In this document: in pieces, positions 8,768-17,827 of the stretch | Numbering within the stretch: the stretch's first letter is position 1 | How the letters are laid out: each line of letters starts with the position of its first letter | Assembly: GCA_016930235.1 (NCBI GenBank) | Contig: JAFGHI010000025.1 | Span: forward strand, 16,437 to 80,436 | DNA: 64,000 nt | Source of the DNA: Candidatus Omnitrophota bacterium | GTDB lineage: Bacteria > Omnitrophota > Omnitrophia > Omnitrophales > Aquincolibacteriaceae | Direction of reading: 5' to 3' | The notes under the pieces: model-generated | Databases searched by the model: none | Told to the model about the DNA's origin: nothing | What the model saw: only the letters and a program-made list of their open reading frames with translations | Translations under genes and position numbers: made by a program

Positions 8768-9586
8768 TTATCCGTGTCGAATCGTCGTCATGGCATCGCG
8801 TACGATCGCCTCATCGATTTTCTTGGTTTCGGCGATATAGCCCGCCAGGAGCGAATGATCACACAGATTATTAATCACTCGCGGGATCCCTTTGGTGAAT
8901 TCATAAATCAATCGATAAGATCCTTCCGGAAAAAGCCCCGAATAATCTTCGCCGTTGAGCTTGGCATGGTTTAAGCGATGGACGATGTAATTCTTCGTGT
9001 CTTCCGGACTTAACGCATTCAGATGATACTGAATCGATATCCTTTGTTTTAACTGGGCCAAACTCGACAACTCAAGCTTTCTTCGCAGTTCCGGCTGGCC
9101 CAACAAGATAATTTGGATCAATTTCTCCTTTTCGGTCTCTAAGTTTGAGAGCATTCTTACCTCTTCGAGGCAGGCCGGGCTCAGGTTCTGTGCTTCGTCG
9201 ATCATGAGAACCACATTCTGGTCGGAAGCCATCTGCTCTAAAAGATAATTATTGAGCTGAATCAGTAACTTATCTTTTGAACCATTCCGGTAATGGATGC
9301 CCAAATCTTCCATGATGAGCGTCAGAATACCTTTCGGACTTATCGTCGTATTGGTCACCAGCGCTGTTTTTACATCGCGGTCCAACTTCCGTAAAAGCGT
9401 CCGTGCAATGGTTGTTTTACCGGCACCCACTTCGCCGGTAATCACCACAAAACCCTTTCGCTGCCGAATCGCAAAGAGAAGCGCATCCAGGGCCGTTTTA
9501 TGTCCCAAGGATTCAAAGAAAAAACCTGAATCGGGCGTCTGGTTGAATGGATTTTCCTTAAATCCAAAAAATTTGTTATACACCAC
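8768..9586 (-). CDS. ExeA-like AAA ATPase (putative secretion ATPase of the EPS/PEP-CTERM locus type)
   Basis: 272 aa. P-loop VITGEVGAGKTTIARTLL, and DEAQNL as the Walker B region. Its position between the co-polymerase and the BY-kinase matches the known PEP-CTERM-locus arrangement. Confidence 0.75.
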   Translation of the reverse strand: MVYNKFFGFKENPFNQTPDSGFFFESLGHKTALDALLFAIRQRKGFVVITGEVGAGKTTIARTLLRKLDRDVKTALVTNTTISPKGILTLIMEDLGIHYRNGSKDKLLIQLNNYLLEQMASDQNVVLMIDEAQNLSPACLEEVRMLSNLETEKEKLIQIILLGQPELRRKLELSSLAQLKQRISIQYHLNALSPEDTKNYIVHRLNHAKLNGEDYSGLFPEGSYRLIYEFTKGIPRVINNLCDHSLLAGYIAETKKIDEAIVRDAMTTIRHG

Positions 9587-10790
9587 TTCCGGCCTTTAAC
9601 CTTTCTCCGAGAATCAGTTCCTCGGGACGAATCGTTGCGATCGCTCCGAAAATCGGAAGATCGAGTAGATTTCTCGCCTCTTCCAGATTCCGGATCGAGT
9701 TATCGCTCAGTTCGATCAGGTAAATGATGATGAGCCCCAAGGCCACTCCGACAATCAAGCCGCCGATAAAAAAGAGTGTCTTATTGGGTTTGACGGGCTC
9801 GAGCGGCAGCCTCGCCGGTTCCAAAATCCTGAATTTTGTCCCGCTTTCCGAATCTTCCAGCGTCTGGGACATTTTTGCCGTCTCCAGTTTCTGTAAAAGC
9901 CTTTGATAGATCTCGGCATTGACCGCATAATTTCTCTGCAGTTTCGCCAATTGCTGTTCCTGATAGGGCACGCTCGAGACCATTTTAGCGTATTGTTCGG
10001 GCTTGATTTCCAAGCCTTGGACTTCAGCCTGCGCCAAGAAAGCATCGCGCTGCTGTTCCAACTGGCCGATCATATTACGGACCTGAATCACACGCGGATG
10101 GGCCTCGGTGTTATCCACCAGCAGCTGATTCAATTCCATTTTTAAAGCCACAAGCTGTTCGTTCAGTCTCGTCGCAATCGGCAGCGAGGACATATACACC
10201 TCACGAAACTCCCGGAGGGCATTTTCGGATTCCTCAAGCTTCACCCGGTAAGTTTCGAGTTGATCGTCAATGAAACGAATCGCGCTGTTTGCTTCAAGAT
10301 CCGCAGAGGTAATATTCCCCCCAATAATGATGTCGGCCAGCGTCTTCACAATCAGTTGGGCCTTTTTCGGGTCCGGGCCCTCGTAGGAGATCGTAATCAT
10401 GTCCGCCCCGCGGAGTTTGATATCAATCTTCTTTCTAAGATTCCGAATAAGCCGATCCCTCTGGATGGGCGTAATTGCCTTCTTATCCAACACTAATTTC
10501 TCAATCAGCAAAGTCAGCCGCTCCCAAGATAAAAGTTCCTCCCGAAGCGTACTCATCCTTGCCCTCATCGAGGGTGAAATCGCAAGCCCGCGAATCAAAG
10601 GGTTCAAAATAGTCTCGCTTTCAACCAGGAGGACGGTCTCAGCCCTATAAATTTTGGGCAGCGTAAAAGCCATCAAAAGCGCAATGACGACCGATACAAT
10701 CAGGGCACCAAAAAACCACCCTTTATGCCGGACCCCCATGTAGTAATATTCCCTCAATCTTAATGTTTGTGTCATGTTGTTTAGATTCAT
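9576..10790 (-). CDS. Polysaccharide co-polymerase (Wzz/chain-length determinant, PCP family)
   Basis: 404 aa. N-terminal TM followed by the Wzz motif (PKIYRAETVLLVE), a long coiled-coil periplasmic region, and a C-terminal TM LFFIGGLIVGVALGLIIIYLIE. Confidence 0.8.
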   Translation of the reverse strand: MNLNNMTQTLRLREYYYMGVRHKGWFFGALIVSVVIALLMAFTLPKIYRAETVLLVESETILNPLIRGLAISPSMRARMSTLREELLSWERLTLLIEKLVLDKKAITPIQRDRLIRNLRKKIDIKLRGADMITISYEGPDPKKAQLIVKTLADIIIGGNITSADLEANSAIRFIDDQLETYRVKLEESENALREFREVYMSSLPIATRLNEQLVALKMELNQLLVDNTEAHPRVIQVRNMIGQLEQQRDAFLAQAEVQGLEIKPEQYAKMVSSVPYQEQQLAKLQRNYAVNAEIYQRLLQKLETAKMSQTLEDSESGTKFRILEPARLPLEPVKPNKTLFFIGGLIVGVALGLIIIYLIELSDNSIRNLEEARNLLDLPIFGAIATIRPEELILGERLKAGSGV

Positions 10791-10844
10791 GTGTTATCTA
10801 TCTCCTTAATTATGATTTCATATATTCATAAAAACTAAGCTTAA

Positions 10845-11040
10845 TAAATTCGAAATGCGAAACACGAAATCCGAAACAAATTCAAATATCGAAATTCAAA
10901 TAAAACCGAACGCTTCATTTCCTTAAATACAAACCGTATTACCTTCTTTTTTATCCACCGCCATATCGTTTTATACTTTTTCTTTTTTATTTCTAATTTC
11001 GAATTTGTTTCGTGCTTCGAAATTCGAATTTCGGATTTTC
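10845..11040. mobile_element. Family-1 miniature element, copy D (deletion derivative), directly adjacent to 4HB copy 3
   Basis: Arms cgaaatgcgaaacacgaaatccgaaacaaattcaaatatcgaaattcaaataaaacc and ttatttctaatttcgaatttgtttcgtgcttcgaaattcgaatttcggatttt. The spacer reverse complement reads ATG GCG GTG GAT AAA AAA GAA GGT... (MAVDKKEG), almost identical to the MAADKKEKK start of 4HB copy 2, then stops. Confidence 0.6.
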
Positions 11041-11064
11041 ATGAACGCGGTACGCGGTCCATGC

Positions 11065-11502
11065 TCAGTGTGTCAACGCACCCTTCCAATCCGAGTGGAG
11101 CTGGGAATAAATACAATAGTTTTCATGTAAACGATGAATGCGCTTGGACAATTCCTGATAGCCTCGAGTAAGCTGATCATATTCGGTTTTTTCGATATAC
11201 CCGCAGTTCAAGGCCAGACCTAAGCACACCAGAACATGATTGGCCGCACCGCACGCGTCTCTTAAATGTCTGCGAAGGACGGTTTCACGACGTCTTTTCG
11301 CCCAGCCTTCGGCGATATGGGCAGAAACACGCCTCGAACTATTCAAAGTTTGACTAAAAAGCGTGTGCCTTTCATAGTCTGGAAATTTCCGGACACATTT
11401 AAATATCTGGCCGGCCAAAGTCATACTGATTTTGTAACTTTCCAAATCCTCGAACCCGCCGATTTCCATCTCCGATGTCAATTCACTTTCACTCGTCATC
11501 AT
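11065..11502 (-). CDS. Four-helix-bundle protein (TIGR02436 family), copy 3
   Basis: 145 aa. FSQTLNSSRRVSAHIAEGW and LRDACGAANHVLVCLGLALNCGYI match the family helices. It is more divergent than copies 1 and 2. Confidence 0.75.
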   Translation of the reverse strand: MMTSESELTSEMEIGGFEDLESYKISMTLAGQIFKCVRKFPDYERHTLFSQTLNSSRRVSAHIAEGWAKRRRETVLRRHLRDACGAANHVLVCLGLALNCGYIEKTEYDQLTRGYQELSKRIHRLHENYCIYSQLHSDWKGALTH

Positions 11503-11719
11503 TTCGATTACCCCTCAATCATGTTCCAAAGATTTAAGACAACCCGAAAGACCAGCTTGCCGCCCATTACAATAAGTGGCCAGATGATGAGATTACTATA
11601 GGCTCTCAAGATTGCTTCCCGGCCTCTCTTTAAACTATTCTTCTTTTTCATCGTCTTCCTTTTTCTTCTTGATTCGTTATTAGGCGCTGAAATTCTCTTC
11701 TGCTCCGGAAACGCATCAA

Positions 11720-12757
11720 TTAATCTCCCTTTAAATACCCGTCCTGGCCTCCATAAGCCAATTCGTAAACAGCCGAGGCCTGGAACAGCGGCCCGACCAA
11801 TCTTGAAAAGTTGTTCACAAACTTATCGAAATAACGCTGGTGAACAACAATAGTATCGCCGGGCATCAGCATGAAATCGTTCGCCGAATCCCCTTTGTAG
11901 AGCAATTCTTTTAAATTCACTTTCTTTTTCTCGGCTTCCCCGCTCTCGGTATACTGAGAAGGCCTTATCACATAAACCCGCTTCAAAGCCCCGTCATAAG
12001 TCGGCAGACCTGCCGCCACAACGGCCTCTTTCACCGTGATATTGTCACCCTTCATGGCAAATTTTCCGGGACGATTGACATATCCGAAGATATAGACGGC
12101 TTTACTCCGGTATTCGGAGATCATCACGGCCACTTCGGGATACCGGACAAACTTCTTGAGAGCGCTGACGACATCTGCCTTGAGTTCTTCCTTGGTCTTC
12201 CCTTCGGCCTTAATGTCACCCACAAAGTTGTATTGAATATTTCCCTCCGGATCGATCACAAATCGGCCAGAAAAGTCAGGCTGGTTGCGGACAATGACCG
12301 TCACGACATCATCAATCCCAAGGGTGTAATCAGATCCCTCCCCGATGACTTCGATATAGGGCGAATATTTTGAATAGGGCGAAACTTCAGAGGCCATAAA
12401 AGGATCCTGGTTGGCTGTCTGCTGACCCGGCGGCGGCGGTGTATATTGCGGCTGCCCCATGAATTGATATTGGGCCGACAAATTCCCCTGAGTGTAGGGA
12501 GAATTCATAAAGCTCGCGTATGGGGAAAATTGCGTTGAATAATTGGTACTGTAATTAACCGGCATCACATTCGAATACCCCGGTTGAGTATTCTGGGTCT
12601 GCATCTGTGACGGATCGTTTTCTCCCATATAGAGAAGATCCTCCGCAAAAACAGGGGCCGACAGGATGAATGCGATAAAAACTCCCAAAATGGCGATTTT
12701 AAATATTTTGCTTTGTGATTTCATTTCTTCTTTCCTAACCTTTCGATAATTTTTCAA
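11720..12757 (-). CDS. Polysaccharide export protein (Wza-like; Poly_export plus SLBB domains) with a ~90-aa Q/Y/P/S/N-rich low-complexity insert
   Basis: 345 aa. Signal peptide, then a low-complexity stretch PSQMQTQNTQPGYSNVMPVNYSTNYSTQFSPYASFMNSPYTQGN...YTPPPPGQQ, then a Wza-like core (GDI..EGKTKEELKADVVSALKKF...VAVMISEYRSKAVYIFGYVNRPG...PGDTIVV). Confidence 0.8.
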   Translation of the reverse strand: MKNYRKVRKEEMKSQSKIFKIAILGVFIAFILSAPVFAEDLLYMGENDPSQMQTQNTQPGYSNVMPVNYSTNYSTQFSPYASFMNSPYTQGNLSAQYQFMGQPQYTPPPPGQQTANQDPFMASEVSPYSKYSPYIEVIGEGSDYTLGIDDVVTVIVRNQPDFSGRFVIDPEGNIQYNFVGDIKAEGKTKEELKADVVSALKKFVRYPEVAVMISEYRSKAVYIFGYVNRPGKFAMKGDNITVKEAVVAAGLPTYDGALKRVYVIRPSQYTESGEAEKKKVNLKELLYKGDSANDFMLMPGDTIVVHQRYFDKFVNNFSRLVGPLFQASAVYELAYGGQDGYLKGD

Positions 12758-12960
12758 GACTCATAAACCGTGCTCACGATCTGCTGAAGGGCCTCGAGAT
12801 CTTCTTCCAGATAGATCCGCCAGCCTTTCCAGTCGCGCTTCGGTTTGCGTATTCTTCCGGCCTTTTCCCACCGAATGATGGTTTTGGCCGTGACGCCGAC
12901 TTTCTCGGCAACCTCAGTTATTGTCATTCTCTCTTCAATCACGCTCGTTTCCTCCATCAA
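12754..12960 (-). CDS. Small excisionase/MerR-type HTH DNA-binding protein (putative locus regulator)
   Basis: 68 aa. MTITEVAEKVGVTAKTIIRWEKAGRI is a helix-turn-helix of the excisionase-family DNA-binding domain type. It is the first gene of the export operon. Confidence 0.6.
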   Translation of the reverse strand: MMEETSVIEERMTITEVAEKVGVTAKTIIRWEKAGRIRKPKRDWKGWRIYLEEDLEALQQIVSTVYES

Positions 12961-13296
12961 TATGATCCTTTAATGAGACTTGGTTAAACCTAACAAAACT
13001 GTCATACCTTTTCGCCGAACGTCCTACTCTGTCCGGGTAAGTCCTAGTATGTACACATTCCATGCCAACAATTATCTGACATTATTATTTGATCTGTCAT
13101 TGATCCCAATTCATTGGTAAAATTGATGATACAATGTTGAGAATTTACTTGGGTCGGAACTTTTATAATAGATTTCATTAGCGGTTAGACCTTCATTTGT
13201 CTGAACAAAAATCTTTGCATTTTCATAACATGTTGTCATATAATAAGTTACAAATGTTGCCATTTCTAGACAACATAGCTATCAGGGTAAGGTTGA
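12961..13296. promoter_or_regulatory. AT-rich divergent promoter region between the HTH/export operon (minus) and the asnB-like gene (plus), with repeated tgtcat/atgttg motifs and a palindrome atgttgtc...gacaacat
   Basis: A 336-bp non-coding interval between divergent starts. Motifs were read directly; no -35/-10 elements were assigned. Confidence 0.35.
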
Positions 13297-14847
13297 ATGA
13301 ATCATAGCGTTCCATTTTTTCACGCCACATTTCAAAATGGGAAAACCATTACTCGCGGTATTTCCCATTGTAATTTAGGTCATAAAATTCCCATCGGTAC
13401 TGACCGCATAGATGGGATATACGTCGACTGGAATTGGGATGGTCAAAGACTAGAAGTCAAAAATGACCTATATGGATTTTATCCGCTTTATGTTTACCAT
13501 GATCAAAACGAGATATGCATCTCGCCATCGATTGTCAAATTGCTCGCCGAAGGCGCAAAACGGGATCTTAATTGGCCTGCCCTGGGCGTTTTTATGCGGG
13601 CGGGATTTTTCATTAAAGACGATACCCCCTTCCGCTACATCCGCGCATTGCCACCAAATGCCAAATTTCTTTGGGGAAATGGCAAACTCAAAATTTCTGG
13701 ATCTTACACTCTAAGGGATGAAAATAAGCTGACTCTTTCTCAAGCCTTAGACGACTACATTGATCTTTTCCGGCAAGCCATAAAGCGAAGATTACCCCGA
13801 AACCGCGAGTGTTTTCTACCATTAAGCGGAGGCCGGGATTCGCGGCATATACTTTTTGAACTTCTAAAAAACGGCATTCGACCTCAATCATGCATTACTG
13901 TCGAACATTACACGCAGGGCTCTAATGAAGATGCGCGCATCGCCCAACTGCTAGCGTCAACATTCAGCCTAAAACACATTTTGCTCCGGCAAACCGTTCC
14001 TTTTTTTAATTCAGAGTACAGGAAAAATTTTCTTACGAATATGTGCACGGATGAACACACGCATTTCTTAATCATGGCGGACATACTCGCCAACTCTAAC
14101 CACGCTATCTACGATGGCATCGGAGGCGATATCTTGACCTCAAGTCGGACGCTTTCAAACACGATTCTACAACTATTCCGTTCAAGAAATTTCAGGGAAT
14201 TATCTAATCTCATTTTTCGATGCGACGAAAACCTTTTAAAATGGCTGCTGAGAAGAAATATCTACTCAAAGATGAATCGTGAATCAGCTATCGAGTACCT
14301 CACGACAGAGCTTGAGCAGCATACGGATGTTCCAAATCCCCCCGGATCGTTTTATTTCTGGAATCGCACACGAAGAGAAATTTCACTTTCCAGCTATGCC
14401 CTCTGCGGTTTTAACTCGCTCATTCATATGCCTTATATTGATTATGATCTTTTCAATTTCTTGGCCGGGATACCTACTTCTTTGCTTCTCAACCAAGATT
14501 TTCATACACGCGCCATTAGCCGCGCTTTTCCTGAATTCGATAACATTCCCTACCAGGATAAAACCGTTAAAGATGTTGACCGCGAAAGTCTCCAGGATCG
14601 GTTTTTCTATGACGTCCTGGCCTATTTGATGCGATATCCATTTTATAAGACTGAGATGCTCCAACTTGAGTCCTTAATCCCTCGATGCCTTCACGCGTTG
14701 ATCAGCCCTTCCAAACGACGCGACAGCATATGGTTTACAAAACCATTACTCTATCTCCTGCAGCTTGAAGAGTTGGCGACGAAACCGGCAGTGATTTCCA
14801 ACGCCTTACGAATCGTTGAGCGCCGAGATACCGTCAAGACAACTTGA
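13297..14847 (+). CDS. Asparagine-synthetase-family (PP-loop ATP pyrophosphatase) protein lacking the N-terminal Cys glutaminase nucleophile; putative sugar amidotransferase
   Basis: 516 aa. PP-loop FLPLSGGRDSRHI. The start is MNHS, not the Met-Cys of class-II GATase. One of only two plus-strand genes. Confidence 0.7.
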   Translation: MNHSVPFFHATFQNGKTITRGISHCNLGHKIPIGTDRIDGIYVDWNWDGQRLEVKNDLYGFYPLYVYHDQNEICISPSIVKLLAEGAKRDLNWPALGVFMRAGFFIKDDTPFRYIRALPPNAKFLWGNGKLKISGSYTLRDENKLTLSQALDDYIDLFRQAIKRRLPRNRECFLPLSGGRDSRHILFELLKNGIRPQSCITVEHYTQGSNEDARIAQLLASTFSLKHILLRQTVPFFNSEYRKNFLTNMCTDEHTHFLIMADILANSNHAIYDGIGGDILTSSRTLSNTILQLFRSRNFRELSNLIFRCDENLLKWLLRRNIYSKMNRESAIEYLTTELEQHTDVPNPPGSFYFWNRTRREISLSSYALCGFNSLIHMPYIDYDLFNFLAGIPTSLLLNQDFHTRAISRAFPEFDNIPYQDKTVKDVDRESLQDRFFYDVLAYLMRYPFYKTEMLQLESLIPRCLHALISPSKRRDSIWFTKPLLYLLQLEELATKPAVISNALRIVERRDTVKTT

Positions 14848-14928
14848 TGAGATTGATTTATTTTAAAAACGGACACGCCGCTTTGAGAAATCTACAAAGG
14901 CTTCGGAAGGCTTAACTCATTCTATGAA

Positions 14929-16041
14929 TCAGGAATTAGGAATTAAAACCGCATATCCCCGATCGAGGAGTATCTGATTTAAATAGATCAGGCGGTTTGA
15001 TCCCTTTTTAGAATAGAAGATGTCCACGACGTAGCGGCCCCACTTGCCTTTCCTGCCGGAAACATTGGATTTGACGGTGAGATATTCGGCCTGCGCGAGT
15101 TCGGACTCCACAAACTTTTTGGCCGCTCGGCCTTCCGATGTCTTCACTTCCGGGCAATCGATCCCCTTCAAACGGAACTTGTCGGTGAACCGGTGACCGA
15201 ATCCCAAATGGAGTTCGAGCTTGAGTGTGTCACCGTCAATCACCTTTTCCACATAAGCTTTATAGGTGTAAAGCGGCGGATCGTTGGCATCAGCCCCAAG
15301 ATCAAACTGTACGGGAGCTTTTTCGAGCCGGTACTTGCCTTTTTTATCTTTCACGCTCGAGACAATCAAACCCTCGACAAATTTGACACCGGGGAAAATC
15401 CCCGCCTCCAAACGCTGCGAAAATCCAAGATCCAGAAGGAGTTCATTTTTTTGCGAGTGAATATTTTGACGCTTCACGACCGAATACGTCTCAAAACTCC
15501 CAAGACAGACAAGCGGCAGCCTTGCCTTCGATAGATCTGCCTTCTTTAAGATGTGACTGACCTTGGATTGAAGCTCCTCGCATGTCCATTCCTCTTTCAC
15601 GGCTTGCTCCGTCAAACGCAAACGTGCTTTATTATCCCCAACAGCCATGAGGATTCGATAATGTGTCCAGTTCAATTCCGACCGTACGGTCGGAATCTGG
15701 GGGTAGGTCCGATAAAATTGGAGTGTCCGCTCCAGGAGCCGTGTGTTCAGTCCGAGATCTCCGGCAAGACGCTGAAGCACACGGTTTCCGTAATCCGCGC
15801 GTTCTTGATGATGCAGGAAATGTTCGTGAATGTAACGGCCGGTACGCCAGTAGGTTTCGACCTTGAGCCGTTCAATCTCTCGCCGCCCCTGAATGAGGGT
15901 CTCCCGGATGAGAGCGAGTAAGCCCGAGTAGGTTTCGCTACCGGGTTTGACCCCGGACTCACTCTTGCGTTCAAGTGTTCTTACCTCAGCCATCTTACTT
16001 ACCTCCTGGAAGGAATGCCGCCTGAGTCTTGATTGAGGCAT
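14929..16041 (-). CDS. Fusion of a YhcG-like DUF1016 N-terminal domain with a C-terminal staphylococcal-nuclease (SNase/thermonuclease) domain
   Basis: The N-terminal region YSGLLALIRETLIQGRREIERLKVETYWRTGRYI...YGNRVLQRLAGDLG resembles DUF1016_N. The C-terminal VIDGDTLKL...RLKGIDCPE...GKWGRYVVDIFY...LLDRGYAV matches SNase motifs. The likely true start is the internal Met at about 15993. Confidence 0.55.
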   Translation of the reverse strand: MPQSRLRRHSFQEVSKMAEVRTLERKSESGVKPGSETYSGLLALIRETLIQGRREIERLKVETYWRTGRYIHEHFLHHQERADYGNRVLQRLAGDLGLNTRLLERTLQFYRTYPQIPTVRSELNWTHYRILMAVGDNKARLRLTEQAVKEEWTCEELQSKVSHILKKADLSKARLPLVCLGSFETYSVVKRQNIHSQKNELLLDLGFSQRLEAGIFPGVKFVEGLIVSSVKDKKGKYRLEKAPVQFDLGADANDPPLYTYKAYVEKVIDGDTLKLELHLGFGHRFTDKFRLKGIDCPEVKTSEGRAAKKFVESELAQAEYLTVKSNVSGRKGKWGRYVVDIFYSKKGSNRLIYLNQILLDRGYAVLIPNS

Positions 16042-16283
16042 ATTTTACTCTAGCCTGCACGGTCGAATAAAGATCTTTTATTCCCTTCAGATAGAACAGA
16101 CTATCGTTAAAGACTGAAACAAAATAAAGGTTGGGGGCAAAATTGGCAGCCGAAAAAAATAGGCTCTTTAGCGACACACGAAGCACCCTTCGAGACATCG
16201 ATTTAACAACAACCGTAAAAACTCTACGCCGTACGCAACGCTTTGGTCATCAAAAGAAATTGTTTAATTGCAAGACTAAAACA

Positions 16284-16322
16284 AAAAACCGCAGGCCGGA
16301 TTTTGCATCCAGCCTGCGGTTT
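16284..16322 (-). terminator. Rho-independent terminator downstream of gap
   Basis: The minus-strand reading ccgcaggctggatgcaaaatccggcctgcgg is a GC-rich hairpin followed by TTTTTTG, 30 nt after the gap stop. Confidence 0.6.
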
Positions 16323-16351
16323 CTAGGTTAAGGCTCTCGATCTTTTTTAAA

Positions 16352-17413
<1,062 letters not shown>

Positions 17414-17536
17414 CTAGAGAGCTCAGTCTGTGGGGGCAGAGTCACGTCTAAGCGGTCGTGATTACAGATTAGTGGGACATTATAGAGACTATTTAAGGGC
17501 TGTCAAGGGGGGTAATCGAGGAGCGCTGGGAACCGC

Positions 17537-17812
17537 GATTTGCGATTTTGGATTTTAGATTTTGGATTGCGGATTGCCCGTTTGGGCGAAAATCCGAAGT
17601 ATGAAGTTCGAGGTACGAAGTAAGAGGTAAGATGTATGAAATTTCGGATTTGGGATTTTGGATTTTAGATTTTGGATTGCGGATTGCCCGTTTGGGCGAA
17701 TTTAACCCCTCACCCTTTCCCTCTCCCCTTTGGGGAGAGGGCAGAGATGAGGTGATAAATTTGCCTAAGCGTATAATCGAAAATCCAAAATCCGCACTCC
17801 CAAATCTAAAAT
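17537..17812. repeat. Family-2 miniature element, copy E: left arm duplicated in tandem, with internal palindrome ccctctcccctttggggagaggg
   Basis: gattttggattttagattttggattgcggattgcccgtttgggcgaa occurs twice (17547-17592 and 17655-17700). The right arm at about 17776-17812 (tcgaaaatccaaaatccgcactcccaaatctaaaatgg) is inverted. A segment gaagtatgaagttcgaggtacgaagtaagaggtaag is shared with 19888-20008. Confidence 0.6.
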
Positions 17813-17827
17813 GGGCCTCTTAACACT

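Noticed and set aside
17719-17741. Perfect hairpin ccctctcccc ttt ggggagaggg
   Set aside because: It is not followed by a T-tract on either strand and lies inside a repeat element. It was kept as part of the element and not called as a terminator.
17632-17823. Small ORFs inside repeat copy E
   Set aside because: They are encoded wholly by repeat sequence, with no support beyond an open frame.
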